Source of the DNA: Candidatus Yanofskybacteria bacterium CG10_big_fil_rev_8_21_14_0_10_36_16
Lineage (GTDB): Bacteria; Patescibacteriota; Minisyncoccia; 2-02-FULL-40-12; IGHO2-01-FULL-4-A
Assembly (NCBI GenBank): GCA_002794035.1
Contig: PCXQ01000007.1
Location: forward strand, 1,785-65,784
DNA length: 64,000 nucleotides
Reading direction: 5' to 3'
Of the stretch, positions 48,004 to 57,769 are shown in pieces. The notes under the pieces were generated by a model. That model was not told where the DNA came from. It saw only the letters and a program-made list of their open reading frames with translations, and did not search any database. Positions within the stretch are counted from its first letter, which is position 1. Each line of letters opens with the position of its first letter. The position numbers and the translations under genes are program-made.

Positions 48004-49713
48004 ATGCCATCGATACCCCAAAAAGATACAAGGAACACAGAGCTTGAAAAAGAACTTGATAAAAAAATGTCAGAGATTGAAGTAGATCGTGAAAAAGAAG
48101 AAGCGCAAGCCCTAGCTCAAAAAGTGGGGCTACCTTTTGTTAATTTAACAGGATTCCCTATCGATGTTAGCGCTCTTAGTATAATACCGGAAGAAGAAGC
48201 ACAGAGGGGTCGCATCGCAATAGTATCAAAAGATGGCAACAATCTAAAAGTTGTGACCGAAAACCCAGACAATCCAGAAACTAAAAAGATTTTAGAATCT
48301 CTAGAAAGCAAAGGATACTCTTATGCACTTGCAGTAGTATCTATAAATGACTTTAATAAGGTTCTCAAAAGATATAAAGAGGTTAAACAGAAAAAAAGAG
48401 TACAGCTTGGTGTTGTCGGAATACCCGAAGAAGAGGTTTCTGAACTTCAAAAAGAAATTCAAAGCATCTCGGACCTAAAAGAAAAATTAGGATCCATGAG
48501 TATAAGCAAGGTTCTCAATATTTTACTTGCTGGTGCTTTAAAAACCCAAGCCTCAGACATTCACTTTGAAACCGAAGAAAAAGGAATCAGGTTAAGATAT
48601 AGGGTTGATGGATTGTTAATAAACGTAGTTGAAACGAAAAAAGAAGGCTATGAAAAACTTTTGAGTAGAATAAAGTTGATGTCTGGATTAAAAATAAATA
48701 TAAATTCTAAACCCCAAGACGGCAGGTTCACAATAAGACAAGGAAAATTAGACATTGAAATTAGAGTCTCAGTAATACCAAGTGAGTATGGAGAAAGCAT
48801 TGTAATGAGAGTTCTTGACCCCAGAGTCATCAAGCAGCATCTTGAAGAACTTGGCATGAGAGATGAGACATTAACAACGGTGAAACGTCTCCTTAAAAAA
48901 ATAACGGGAGCCATTGCAACAACCGGGCCTACTGGTTCTGGAAAAACCACTACTCTTTATGCTTTTCTTAGACACGTTAATGCTCCTGAAATAAAAATAA
49001 TTACAATCGAAGACCCAATAGAGTATCATATAGAAAGCGTCACTCAAACCCAAGTTGACCCGGCTTCAGGTTATACATTCTCTAACGGCCTTCGGTCAAT
49101 TGTGCGTCAGGACCCTGATGTGATATTGGTAGGAGAGATAAGAGATGTTGAAACAGCAGAGATTGCCATGCAAGCTTCCCTTACCGGTCACCAGGTATTT
49201 ACAACTCTTCACACAAATGATGCTTCTGGAGCAATACCAAGACTTATTGACTTAGGTGTTAAACCAATAACAATTGCTCCCGCCCTAAATGCATCGATGG
49301 CACAAAGATTAGTTAGACGCCTCTGTGATAACTGTAAAGTTAAACAAAAGTTATCTATTAATGATTACAAAAAAATCGAGTTCGAATTTAGTAAGGTTTC
49401 AGAGGTGTCCAGAGATCAACTGCCTGAGCTGAATCAATCAATAGAAATTTACTATCCAGCAAAATGCAAAGAGTGTCACGATACTGGTTATAGAGGAAGA
49501 ATGGGTATTTTTGAAATATTTGAAATTGATACTGAATTAGAAAAATTAATACAAACATCTCCTGCAATATCTGATATTAGAGATTTGGCTATTAAAAAAG
49601 GTATGGTAACCATGGTTCAAGACGGTATGATAAAAGCCCTCAAAGGGCTGACGTCAATGGAAGAAGTAATGAGAGTAACAGGAGATACTCAAATACCGCT
49701 AGAAATAAAGTAA
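48004..49713 (+). CDS. GspE/PulE/PilB-family pilus assembly ATPase
   Basis: ASDIHFE, GPTGSGKTT, RQDPDVILVGEIRD, TGHQV, CxxC pairs. Confidence 0.93.
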   Translation: MPSIPQKDTRNTELEKELDKKMSEIEVDREKEEAQALAQKVGLPFVNLTGFPIDVSALSIIPEEEAQRGRIAIVSKDGNNLKVVTENPDNPETKKILESLESKGYSYALAVVSINDFNKVLKRYKEVKQKKRVQLGVVGIPEEEVSELQKEIQSISDLKEKLGSMSISKVLNILLAGALKTQASDIHFETEEKGIRLRYRVDGLLINVVETKKEGYEKLLSRIKLMSGLKININSKPQDGRFTIRQGKLDIEIRVSVIPSEYGESIVMRVLDPRVIKQHLEELGMRDETLTTVKRLLKKITGAIATTGPTGSGKTTTLYAFLRHVNAPEIKIITIEDPIEYHIESVTQTQVDPASGYTFSNGLRSIVRQDPDVILVGEIRDVETAEIAMQASLTGHQVFTTLHTNDASGAIPRLIDLGVKPITIAPALNASMAQRLVRRLCDNCKVKQKLSINDYKKIEFEFSKVSEVSRDQLPELNQSIEIYYPAKCKECHDTGYRGRMGIFEIFEIDTELEKLIQTSPAISDIRDLAIKKGMVTMVQDGMIKALKGLTSMEEVMRVTGDTQIPLEIK

Positions 49714-49735
49714 AAACGAATTTAAAATTCAATAC

Positions 49736-49905
49736 AAAGCCCCTGTAACCCGCAGGCAAAATAAACCCGGATCTTGGGAAATACCGGGGCAGAGCAAAAC
49801 AGAGGTATAATCCAGTCGGAACCAGGTTACCCATCTGAAAAATGCTCCGATTGAGACGAGTGCATCAACAAACCTCTCAAGATACCTGCGGGTTATAGGG
49901 GCTTT
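49736..49905 (+). ncRNA. Candidate 170-nt rod-shaped ncRNA (6S-like architecture)
   Basis: 21-bp closing stem with one G-U, central bubble with hairpin, inner stems AGAGGT/ACCTCT and CAGTCGGA/TCCGATTG. Confidence 0.6.
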
Positions 49906-49981
49906 ATTTATTGTTTTTTTGTAATCAAAACACCCTTTGTTTAGGGAACTTTTACTTATATTCTATATAAAATTTCACAAT

Positions 49982-51022
49982 ATGTCAAATACTATTCAGA
50001 AAAAAAAGACCAAAGAACCCTCTGTAAAAAACAACCCCGAAGACCAGGAATTTGACCTTGCTTTAAGACCATTGGGTTTTAATGAGTATGTAGGCCAAGA
50101 AAACATAAAGAAAAACCTTGCCATACTTGTTGGTGCAGCAAAAAAAAGAGGAGATTCGTTAGATCACATTCTTGTACATGGTCCTGCAGGGCTTGGGAAA
50201 ACAACTCTTGCTTTAATAGTAGCCAAAGAATATGGCTCTGGCATAAGAATAACGTCAGGAGCAGCTCTTGAAAAAGCTGGAGATATTGGATCTATACTAA
50301 CCGGACTCTCAGACGGTGATTTTTTGTTTATAGATGAAGTGCACCGTTTAAATAAAACAGTTGAGGAAACTCTGTATCCAGCAATGGAAAACCATAGTTT
50401 GGATATTATAATAGGCAAAGGCACATCAGCTAAAACATTACAAATTAAACTCCCCCGCTTTACTTTAATTGCTGCAACAACAAAAATTTCATTGCTTTCA
50501 AACCCTTTTCGTTCCAGATTTGGCGCTTCATACAAGCTTGATTTTTATAATCAAGAAGAAATGGAAAAAATAATTAGACGTTCCTCAGATCTTTTGGGTA
50601 TAAAGACTTCACCAGAAGCAATATATATTATAGCTCGTGCTTCAAGATACACACCAAGGATAGCTAACAGACTTTTGCGTCGTGCTAGAGATTATGCTCA
50701 ATTTAACGAGTCGGGTTTTTTAGATGCAGAAGTAGCAAAAAAATCACTTGATCTTTTAGGTGTAGATGAGATAGGTCTTGAGAATACAGACAGAAGAATC
50801 CTAGAGGTTGTTGCTAAAAATTTCAAAGGAGGGCCAGCAGGCCTTAAATCAATTGCAGCAGCAGTAGCAGAAGAAGAATCAACAATAGAAGATGTTTATG
50901 AACCATATCTTATGAGAATTGGCTTTTTAGCAAGAACCCCTAGGGGTAGGATTGTTACAGACGCAGGATATAAACACATCGGACTTGAACAGCCAAAAGA
51001 ATCACAAGCATCATTGTTGTAA
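49982..51022 (+). CDS. ruvB: Holliday junction helicase RuvB
   Basis: LRP..F.EYVGQ, GPAGLGKTT, FIDEVHR, EPYL, RTPRGR. Confidence 0.97.
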   Translation: MSNTIQKKKTKEPSVKNNPEDQEFDLALRPLGFNEYVGQENIKKNLAILVGAAKKRGDSLDHILVHGPAGLGKTTLALIVAKEYGSGIRITSGAALEKAGDIGSILTGLSDGDFLFIDEVHRLNKTVEETLYPAMENHSLDIIIGKGTSAKTLQIKLPRFTLIAATTKISLLSNPFRSRFGASYKLDFYNQEEMEKIIRRSSDLLGIKTSPEAIYIIARASRYTPRIANRLLRRARDYAQFNESGFLDAEVAKKSLDLLGVDEIGLENTDRRILEVVAKNFKGGPAGLKSIAAAVAEEESTIEDVYEPYLMRIGFLARTPRGRIVTDAGYKHIGLEQPKESQASLL

Positions 51023-51088
51023 ATTTTAAACTTGTTGGTATTGATTAAAAATAGCCAGACGTTTAAAAATTAACAACTAAACTTTGTT

Positions 51089-51805
51089 TTGAGCGGACAT
51101 TCTAAGTGGTCACAAATAAAACACAAAAAAGGAGCAACCGACCAAAAACGCGGTCAACTTTTTAGTAAGTTAGCAAAAAAAATATCTATCGCAGCAAAAG
51201 ACAATCCTGATCCATCTACAAATTACAAACTGCAGGCTGCAATTGACGAAGCCAAGTCTGCCAATGTACCAAAAGACAATATAGAACGAGCAATAAAAAG
51301 TTCTTCTGAAAAGGACTCGGCTGAATTAAAAGAGGTGGTTATACAGGCTGTGGGTCCAGAGTCCATAGCTATAATAATTGAAGCAATAACAGACAATTCA
51401 AACAGAACAATAAATGAAGTAAAGAATATACTCAGCAAAAATAATGCAAAGATGGCAGAAGTTGGATCTTTAGATTGGATGTTTGATAAACTCGGAGTTG
51501 TTAAGTTCACCAAAGAAAACAAAGATCTCAACGAAGAACAAGAACTAATCTTAATAGAAGCAGGGGTTCAAGATATTCAAAAAAACAATGAAGAAATTAG
51601 TACATTGTGCCAAACAGAAGATTTATACACCATAAAAAATCTACTTATAGAAATGGGGATAAAACCTGATTATGCTGAAATTGAATATATACCAAAAAAT
51701 CCAATATTAATGCAGGACAATTCTGAAAAAAATAAATTAGAAAAACTGTTTGAGGAATTAAACGACCACGATGATGTAGAGAATATCTACTCAAACAATG
51801 GGTAA
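51089..51805 (+). CDS. yebC: YebC/PmpR-family protein
   Basis: MSGHSKWSQIKHKK, DHDDVENIYSN; TTG start. Confidence 0.93.
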   Translation: MSGHSKWSQIKHKKGATDQKRGQLFSKLAKKISIAAKDNPDPSTNYKLQAAIDEAKSANVPKDNIERAIKSSSEKDSAELKEVVIQAVGPESIAIIIEAITDNSNRTINEVKNILSKNNAKMAEVGSLDWMFDKLGVVKFTKENKDLNEEQELILIEAGVQDIQKNNEEISTLCQTEDLYTIKNLLIEMGIKPDYAEIEYIPKNPILMQDNSEKNKLEKLFEELNDHDDVENIYSNNG

Positions 51806-51883
51806 TGTTAGTTAACACTTAATCACTTTGTTTTTAAATAATAAAAAATAAAAAAACAGGTGTTTATTTGCTTATTTATTTAA

Positions 51884-52369
51884 TTGGTTATTTTAGGTAT
51901 TGACCCTGGAACATCCTTAATAGGTTACGGGGTTATAAAAACAAACAAAGAAGGTTACACGACTTTAGATTATGGTAAATTTGAGACATTAAAAAATATA
52001 AAGAATAAGGACAAGGTACTTGAAATTTTTAATTATTTTGATAAAATTATTAAAGGTTATAAACCTAACAGAATAGCTATAGAAAGCTTATTTTTTTTTA
52101 AAAACAGCAAAACGGTCATAAAAGTAAGTGAAATAAGAGGAATTTTAATGTTAGCTGCTGCAAAAAATGGTGTTGAAATAAATGAATTTACACCATTACA
52201 AGTAAAACAAGCTGTATCAACATATGGCAGAGCCGGGAAAGACCAAGTACAAAGAATGGTTAAATTAATATTGAATCTAGAAACAGAACCCAAACCTGAC
52301 GATATTGCAGATGCTTTAGCTCTTGCTATTTGTTGTGCTAATACACTAAAATACGAAGATGGTATATAA
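51884..52369 (+). CDS. ruvC: Holliday junction resolvase RuvC
   Basis: ILGIDPG, AIESLFF, PDDIADALALAIC. Confidence 0.96.
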   Translation: MVILGIDPGTSLIGYGVIKTNKEGYTTLDYGKFETLKNIKNKDKVLEIFNYFDKIIKGYKPNRIAIESLFFFKNSKTVIKVSEIRGILMLAAAKNGVEINEFTPLQVKQAVSTYGRAGKDQVQRMVKLILNLETEPKPDDIADALALAICCANTLKYEDGI

Positions 52370-52493
52370 CTTCTTCCTGAATAAAAAATTTTTTATTCAG
52401 GAAGGGGTTATCCCCTTTTTAATTTGTTCTGTTACACGATAGTAAAAACTGCCCTCAGGGAAGTTTTGCTATTTAACAGGGCACGGCGTCTAA

Positions 52494-52622
52494 ATGGAAG
52501 ACATTAAATATTTGTTAGACGACGAAGAAACCACTGATGATTCAGATGGTTCAGACGAAGAAGAGGTGGATGAAGATTCTGATGATTCAGATGACTCTGG
52601 TGACGAAGAAGATTCTGAATAA
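52494..52622 (+). CDS. 42-aa highly acidic small protein, absent from the ORF track
   Basis: MEDIKYLLDDEETTDDSDGSDEEEVDEDSDDSDDSGDEEDSE; bounded by hairpins. Confidence 0.6.
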   Translation: MEDIKYLLDDEETTDDSDGSDEEEVDEDSDDSDDSGDEEDSE

Positions 52623-52634
52623 ACACTTCTCTTC

Positions 52635-52678
52635 AGTTAGTAATCAAAAACACCCAATTGGGTGTTTTTGATTACTAA
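52635..52678. terminator. Bidirectional terminator
   Basis: TTAGTAATCAAAAACACCCA-AT-TGGGTGTTTTTGATTACTAA. Confidence 0.75.
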
Positions 52679-52690
52679 GTTTAATTTTGT

Positions 52691-53896
52691 TTATTTGTCA
52701 GAATCAAAAGACGTTATTTTTAAAAACTTTCTTGGACCAACTTTTATTATATCTCCGGGTCTAACCTTAATGTCCCATTTCTTAACTGCCTCATTGTTAA
52801 CCCTAACGCCCCCTTGTTGAACCAAACGTTTAGCTTCACTCGAAGAAGATGTTAACCTCGAAGCAACCATTACAGATAACAAATCCCCCTCTATTGAAAG
52901 TTTAAATTTTTGTATTTCTTCGGGGGTTTCTTTGTTAACTATTTTTTCAAACACTTCTTTGGCTTCTTTGGCCCTACTTTCATCATAATAAATTTTAACA
53001 ACCTCAAAAGCTAGCTCTTTTTTTACATTAACAGGATTTTCTTTTTTGTTATCAATAGCTTTTTGTTTGTTTTCAATATACTCACTATCTTTATCTGTAG
53101 CTAATTCAAAAAAAGTTTTTATCATTTCATCAGGAACTCCTGCCATAATTTTTCCATACACATCTTCTGGTGAATCACTTAGAGCAATGAAACTTTTTTC
53201 AGTCTTACTTAATTTTTTACCACTATCTGCATCTACTAGCAATTTTGTGGCTAAAACTATTTTGTTTTTATCCAAATAAATCTTTTCTAAATCTCTTCCA
53301 ATTAACATATTAAATACCTGATCATTACCCCCTACTTCTCCGTCAACTTCCATAGCCACAGAATCATAGCCCTGCATTAAGGGATACAAAAATTCATGCA
53401 TATATATGGGTTTTTCTTTCTCAATTCGTTTCTGAAACATATCTCTTGCTTCAATTTGCTGAACAGTAATATTGCTAGCTAAATCAATAATTTTTTCAAA
53501 TGTCATTTTTTTAAGCCACTTACTATTGTATTCGATTTTAAATAATTTTTTCGGTATGATTTTTTCTATCTGATTAATGTAGTTTTTCATGTTTTCTTTA
53601 ACTTCTTTCTCTTCAAGTTTTTTCCTTGTTGCTTCTTTGTCGGTAGGATCTCCAATCATAGCCGTAAAATCACCTATCAGTATTATTACTTTATGACCTA
53701 TTTCGGCTAATTTTTTCAACAAAAAAAGCTGAACCGTGTGTCCAATATGCAAACTAGGTCCTGTTGGATCTATACCGTAATAAAACTTAAGCTTCTCTTT
53801 ACCCAATCTTTCAAAAACCTCCTCTTTTAACGGATAAGCAACATTTATATATCTACTAAATAATTCACTTATTTTATTGTTGTCTTTATTAGTCAT
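52691..53896 (-). CDS. tyrS: Tyrosine--tRNA ligase
   Basis: GIDPTGPSLHIGH, YPLMQGYD, KLSKT, C-terminal S4 domain. Confidence 0.97.
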   Translation of the reverse strand: MTNKDNNKISELFSRYINVAYPLKEEVFERLGKEKLKFYYGIDPTGPSLHIGHTVQLFLLKKLAEIGHKVIILIGDFTAMIGDPTDKEATRKKLEEKEVKENMKNYINQIEKIIPKKLFKIEYNSKWLKKMTFEKIIDLASNITVQQIEARDMFQKRIEKEKPIYMHEFLYPLMQGYDSVAMEVDGEVGGNDQVFNMLIGRDLEKIYLDKNKIVLATKLLVDADSGKKLSKTEKSFIALSDSPEDVYGKIMAGVPDEMIKTFFELATDKDSEYIENKQKAIDNKKENPVNVKKELAFEVVKIYYDESRAKEAKEVFEKIVNKETPEEIQKFKLSIEGDLLSVMVASRLTSSSSEAKRLVQQGGVRVNNEAVKKWDIKVRPGDIIKVGPRKFLKITSFDSDK

Positions 53897-53988
53897 AATC
53901 TAAATATACTTAAAAATCGTTTTAAATTCAATCAAAAACATAATTTAAAAACATTGAAAAAAACCATAAAATATGGCAATATTTAGAA

Positions 53989-56121
53989 ATGCACAAAAAA
54001 GAAAACATGAAAACAATCTGGCTAAAAAGAACTTTTATAGTCCTTTTTAGTTTGTTTGTATTAGGTTTAGCGCTTTCTGTCAGCGTTTTTTTATATTATT
54101 CAAGGCAAATACCTGATCCAAACGTTATTTCTTCTAGAAGAATCAGTGAGTCCACAAAAATATACGCCCAAGACGGCGAAACACTTCTTTACAACATTCA
54201 TGGCGAAGAAAAGAGAACTATTATTCCCTGGGAAGAAATCTCTGACGATGTTAAAAATGCCACACTAGTAGCAGAAGATGCTGACTTTTACACACACAAA
54301 GGTTTGGATATTAGAGGTATTTTAAGAGCTTTTTACAAAAACATTGTCGGTTTAGAAGTATCCCAAGGAGGTTCAACAATTACTCAGCAACTAATAAAAA
54401 ATTCTCTTCTTAGTAACGAGAGGGTTCTTTCAAGAAAAATAAAAGAGGCTGTGCTATCTGTTGAGATTGAACGAAGGTTTTCTAAAGACGAAATATTTTG
54501 GATGTATTTAAACCAAATTCCTTATGGATCAAATGCTTATGGAATAGAGGCGGCTAGTCAAACTTTTTTTGATAAAACAGCTAATGAATTAACCCTATCT
54601 GAAGCAGCTCTGCTCGCAGCACTACCAAATGCTCCTTCTTATTATTCGCCTTATGGTAACCACTACCCAGAACTCATAGCAAGAAGAGATTTTATATTGG
54701 AATCAATGCTTAGAAATAATTATATTAATCAAGATGAGTTTAGAGAGGCAGTGGAAGAACAGCCATCTTTCCAACCTCCTAGAGATATTATAGTAGCACC
54801 TCATTTTGTAATAATGGTTAGAGAATACTTAACCAGAAAATACGGAGAGGATATTGTCCAAAATGGAGGTCTTCAAGTTGTAACAACCCTAGATCACAAA
54901 TTACAGTCCCTGGCTGAGGATGTCATATCAAAACACGCAGATGACATCAAGACACGTTTTAATGCAGGAAACGCCGCATTGACCGCTGTAGACCCTAGAA
55001 CAGGCAAAATTTTAGCCATGGTAGGATCAAAAGATTACTTTGATGTTATAAACGAAGGAAACTTTAATGTTGCTACAGCATTAAGACAACCGGGTTCTGC
55101 TTTTAAGCCCTTTGCTTATATGACAGCTGTTGAAAAAGGATTTACTGATTCAACTATTGTTTTCGACCTTCTCACTGAATTCAACCCCGAGTGTGAGCCC
55201 GGAGCTTTTCAAGAAAAAGATAGATATGGTATAGATTGTTACCACCCCAAAAACTATTCGGGTGTTTTCAAGGGACCTGTAACACTCCGACAAAGTTTAG
55301 CCCAATCACTAAACATACCCTCAGTAAAAATACTACACCTTGCAGGTATTAATAAGACAATAGAAAATGCAAAAAAAATGGGAATAACATCCCTAACAGA
55401 ACCTGAAAGATATGGTCTATCATTAGTTTTAGGAGGTGCTGAGGTTAGGTTGGTTGATATAGTTTCAGCTTATGGAGTTCTAGCAAATGATGGGATTAAA
55501 AATCCCACCACTTTTATCCAAAAAGTGACAACTAGTGATGGTGTAATTCTTGAAGAATACAGAAAAAATGAAGACCGTGTAATAGATAAAAAAGTAACAC
55601 GCTTAATGAATGACATTATGTCTGATAATTTATCCAGAGCACCGGTTTTTGGATTCAATAACTATTTAAATCTTGGAGAAAGGCCTGTTGCAGCAAAAAC
55701 AGGAACAACACAAGAAAACCGTGATGCTTGGCTAATAGGATACACTCCGTCACTTGTCGCTGGTGTCTGGTCAGGAAACAATGATAATTCCAAAATGTCA
55801 GGAACAGCAGCAGGCGCTTCTGTTGCAGGACTAATATGGAATGATTTTATGAGGAAAGCATTAGAAGGAACCCCAATTGAACAATTTCCTGATCCTGACC
55901 CATCTACAAGCTCTAAAACAATGTTAAATGGTCGTTATGTAGGTGAAAACGGGGTTCATAACATATTATACTATGTTGACAAAAACGATCCTCAAGGACC
56001 AATACCATCAAATCCATATACAGACCCCCAATATGAAAACTGGGAATCATCTGTTGCAAGATGGGCAAGTAATGTTTTTAACACCCCATCATTAATTCCT
56101 AGTCCCAGTCCTACACAATAG
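53989..56121 (+). CDS. Class A penicillin-binding protein (PBP1A family)
   Basis: EDADFY, GGSTITQQ, RKIKE; SAFK, SLN, KTGT. Confidence 0.95.
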   Translation: MHKKENMKTIWLKRTFIVLFSLFVLGLALSVSVFLYYSRQIPDPNVISSRRISESTKIYAQDGETLLYNIHGEEKRTIIPWEEISDDVKNATLVAEDADFYTHKGLDIRGILRAFYKNIVGLEVSQGGSTITQQLIKNSLLSNERVLSRKIKEAVLSVEIERRFSKDEIFWMYLNQIPYGSNAYGIEAASQTFFDKTANELTLSEAALLAALPNAPSYYSPYGNHYPELIARRDFILESMLRNNYINQDEFREAVEEQPSFQPPRDIIVAPHFVIMVREYLTRKYGEDIVQNGGLQVVTTLDHKLQSLAEDVISKHADDIKTRFNAGNAALTAVDPRTGKILAMVGSKDYFDVINEGNFNVATALRQPGSAFKPFAYMTAVEKGFTDSTIVFDLLTEFNPECEPGAFQEKDRYGIDCYHPKNYSGVFKGPVTLRQSLAQSLNIPSVKILHLAGINKTIENAKKMGITSLTEPERYGLSLVLGGAEVRLVDIVSAYGVLANDGIKNPTTFIQKVTTSDGVILEEYRKNEDRVIDKKVTRLMNDIMSDNLSRAPVFGFNNYLNLGERPVAAKTGTTQENRDAWLIGYTPSLVAGVWSGNNDNSKMSGTAAGASVAGLIWNDFMRKALEGTPIEQFPDPDPSTSSKTMLNGRYVGENGVHNILYYVDKNDPQGPIPSNPYTDPQYENWESSVARWASNVFNTPSLIPSPSPTQ

Positions 56122-56126
56122 AGAAA

Positions 56127-56399
56127 CTATTTAATGACTAGATCTTTAACTCCCTTGATTTGATCAATTATTGTTTCCTTAACTAAAAGCAATTCATTTG
56201 AGAAAGATTTATTCGTAGTGAGTATATACAATTTTTCATTTTTAGAATAAAAATCCTTTACATATTGTAAAGGTTTTTTAATATCAGGGAATAATTCATT
56301 TATTATTTTTTTAAATTCTTGCCTAAGTTTTTTATCTTTATCTTCCTGTTTTTTGATTATCTCCTTGGTTTTACTTAAATCAAAATTTATTTTTTTCAT
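56127..56399 (-). CDS. Probable DciA/DUF721-like protein
   Basis: Directly downstream of dnaN; KLYILTTNKSFSNELLLVKETIIDQI resembles the DUF721 core. Confidence 0.5.
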   Translation of the reverse strand: MKKINFDLSKTKEIIKKQEDKDKKLRQEFKKIINELFPDIKKPLQYVKDFYSKNEKLYILTTNKSFSNELLLVKETIIDQIKGVKDLVIK

Positions 56400-56429
56400 C
56401 TGGTTTAAAATTTATATTTAGACATCTTA

Positions 56430-57524
56430 CTAGGAACGCAATGGCATTATAAGATAAAGAAAACCATCTTCTTTGTCTGGGACCATTAACAATGGGCTCC
56501 CGTCTCCTGTGTGTTTTATTATCACATTTTCAGTGCTTATATTTTTTAAACCATCAAGAAGGTAGTTATAATTAACAGTAACTTCAAATGGATTGTTTTT
56601 TAGTTCAGAACTTAGAGATGCAACCATATTACCTTTATCATTGTTTTGAGCTATTATTTCAGTTTTATTATTTGTAACCTTTAATTTAATGTCATATATG
56701 CTTGATGAAAAAAAACCAGCAGTTCTTATACTTCTTTCAAAATCACCTTTTTTTAACCTAAGCAAAGAAACAATTTTATCTGGAATTATTTTTTTATAAT
56801 CTGGATATCTACCGTCAACCAATCGGGATACAAGTTCAAAATCGTTACCATATGCCATGATTTGATTCTCGGCTATTACAATATTTATCTTACCATTATA
56901 AGTTTCAGCTATTCTCATTAACTCTACAGCAGTTTGCCTGGGCAATATTAAACTCCCCTTATAACTTCCGCCTTCAATATTATCAACAATTTTTTCAGAC
57001 AACCTAAAACTATCAGTTGAAGCAAACTCTATTTTTTTATCACCGACATTTATAAAAACACCGGCTAATTCAGGTCTTGTATCTGAAGGCAAAACTGAAT
57101 CTATAACACTGGCGAGTGATTGTTTTAATTCTTGAGGATTAAAAGATACTTCATTTTCTTTTTTAATTTTAGGAATAATCGGAAAATCTTCAGTACTATA
57201 ACCTAGTAATTTTGTTTTATAATCTTCTGAATCAATTTTTAATGTATTGCCGTCTGTTACTAAAGATATTTTTTCATCTTTTATATTAGAAACCAGTCCT
57301 GAGAATAACCTCGCTGGAACAGCAACTTCACCATCTTTAGCAATTTTAGCTCCCAACCAACAATTTATACCTAGTTCAAGATTTGTAGCTGAAATTTTAA
57401 CATTGTTTTTCTCTGTCTTTAATTTTACCGTGCTTAAAATTGGCAAAGAAACATTTTTAGAAATTATCCTTTCTAAAATCCTGAGTGCATTATTTAATTT
57501 TTCCCTATTAACGGTAATCTGCAT
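56430..57524 (-). CDS. dnaN: DNA polymerase III beta clamp
   Basis: ATNLELG, STDSFRL, SRLVDGRYPDY, YLIMPLR. Confidence 0.97.
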   Translation of the reverse strand: MQITVNREKLNNALRILERIISKNVSLPILSTVKLKTEKNNVKISATNLELGINCWLGAKIAKDGEVAVPARLFSGLVSNIKDEKISLVTDGNTLKIDSEDYKTKLLGYSTEDFPIIPKIKKENEVSFNPQELKQSLASVIDSVLPSDTRPELAGVFINVGDKKIEFASTDSFRLSEKIVDNIEGGSYKGSLILPRQTAVELMRIAETYNGKINIVIAENQIMAYGNDFELVSRLVDGRYPDYKKIIPDKIVSLLRLKKGDFERSIRTAGFFSSSIYDIKLKVTNNKTEIIAQNNDKGNMVASLSSELKNNPFEVTVNYNYLLDGLKNISTENVIIKHTGDGSPLLMVPDKEDGFLYLIMPLRS

Positions 57525-57769
57525 AATTATATTATTATATATTTAATTAAATATATTATTATTATTATACCTGTTTATATCTGTATAACTCTTTTTAGTG
57601 TTTAAATACAATACTAAATGATGTGTGATGATTACTAATAACCTGTGGAAAATATATTTATAAAAAATGGATAATTGGTACATGGTCGGTTATCACCAAA
57701 CATAGAAACTCAATATCAACATAGTTATCAGACGTGTTATACACATAATCTCAACTTAATTTACCTTAA
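57525..57769. other. Replication origin oriC (dnaA-dnaN intergenic)
   Basis: DnaA-box-like TTATACACA (~57737), TGTGGAAAA, CTGTATAAC, ATGGATAA; AT-rich TAT-repeat unwinding region at 57525-57570. Confidence 0.8.
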
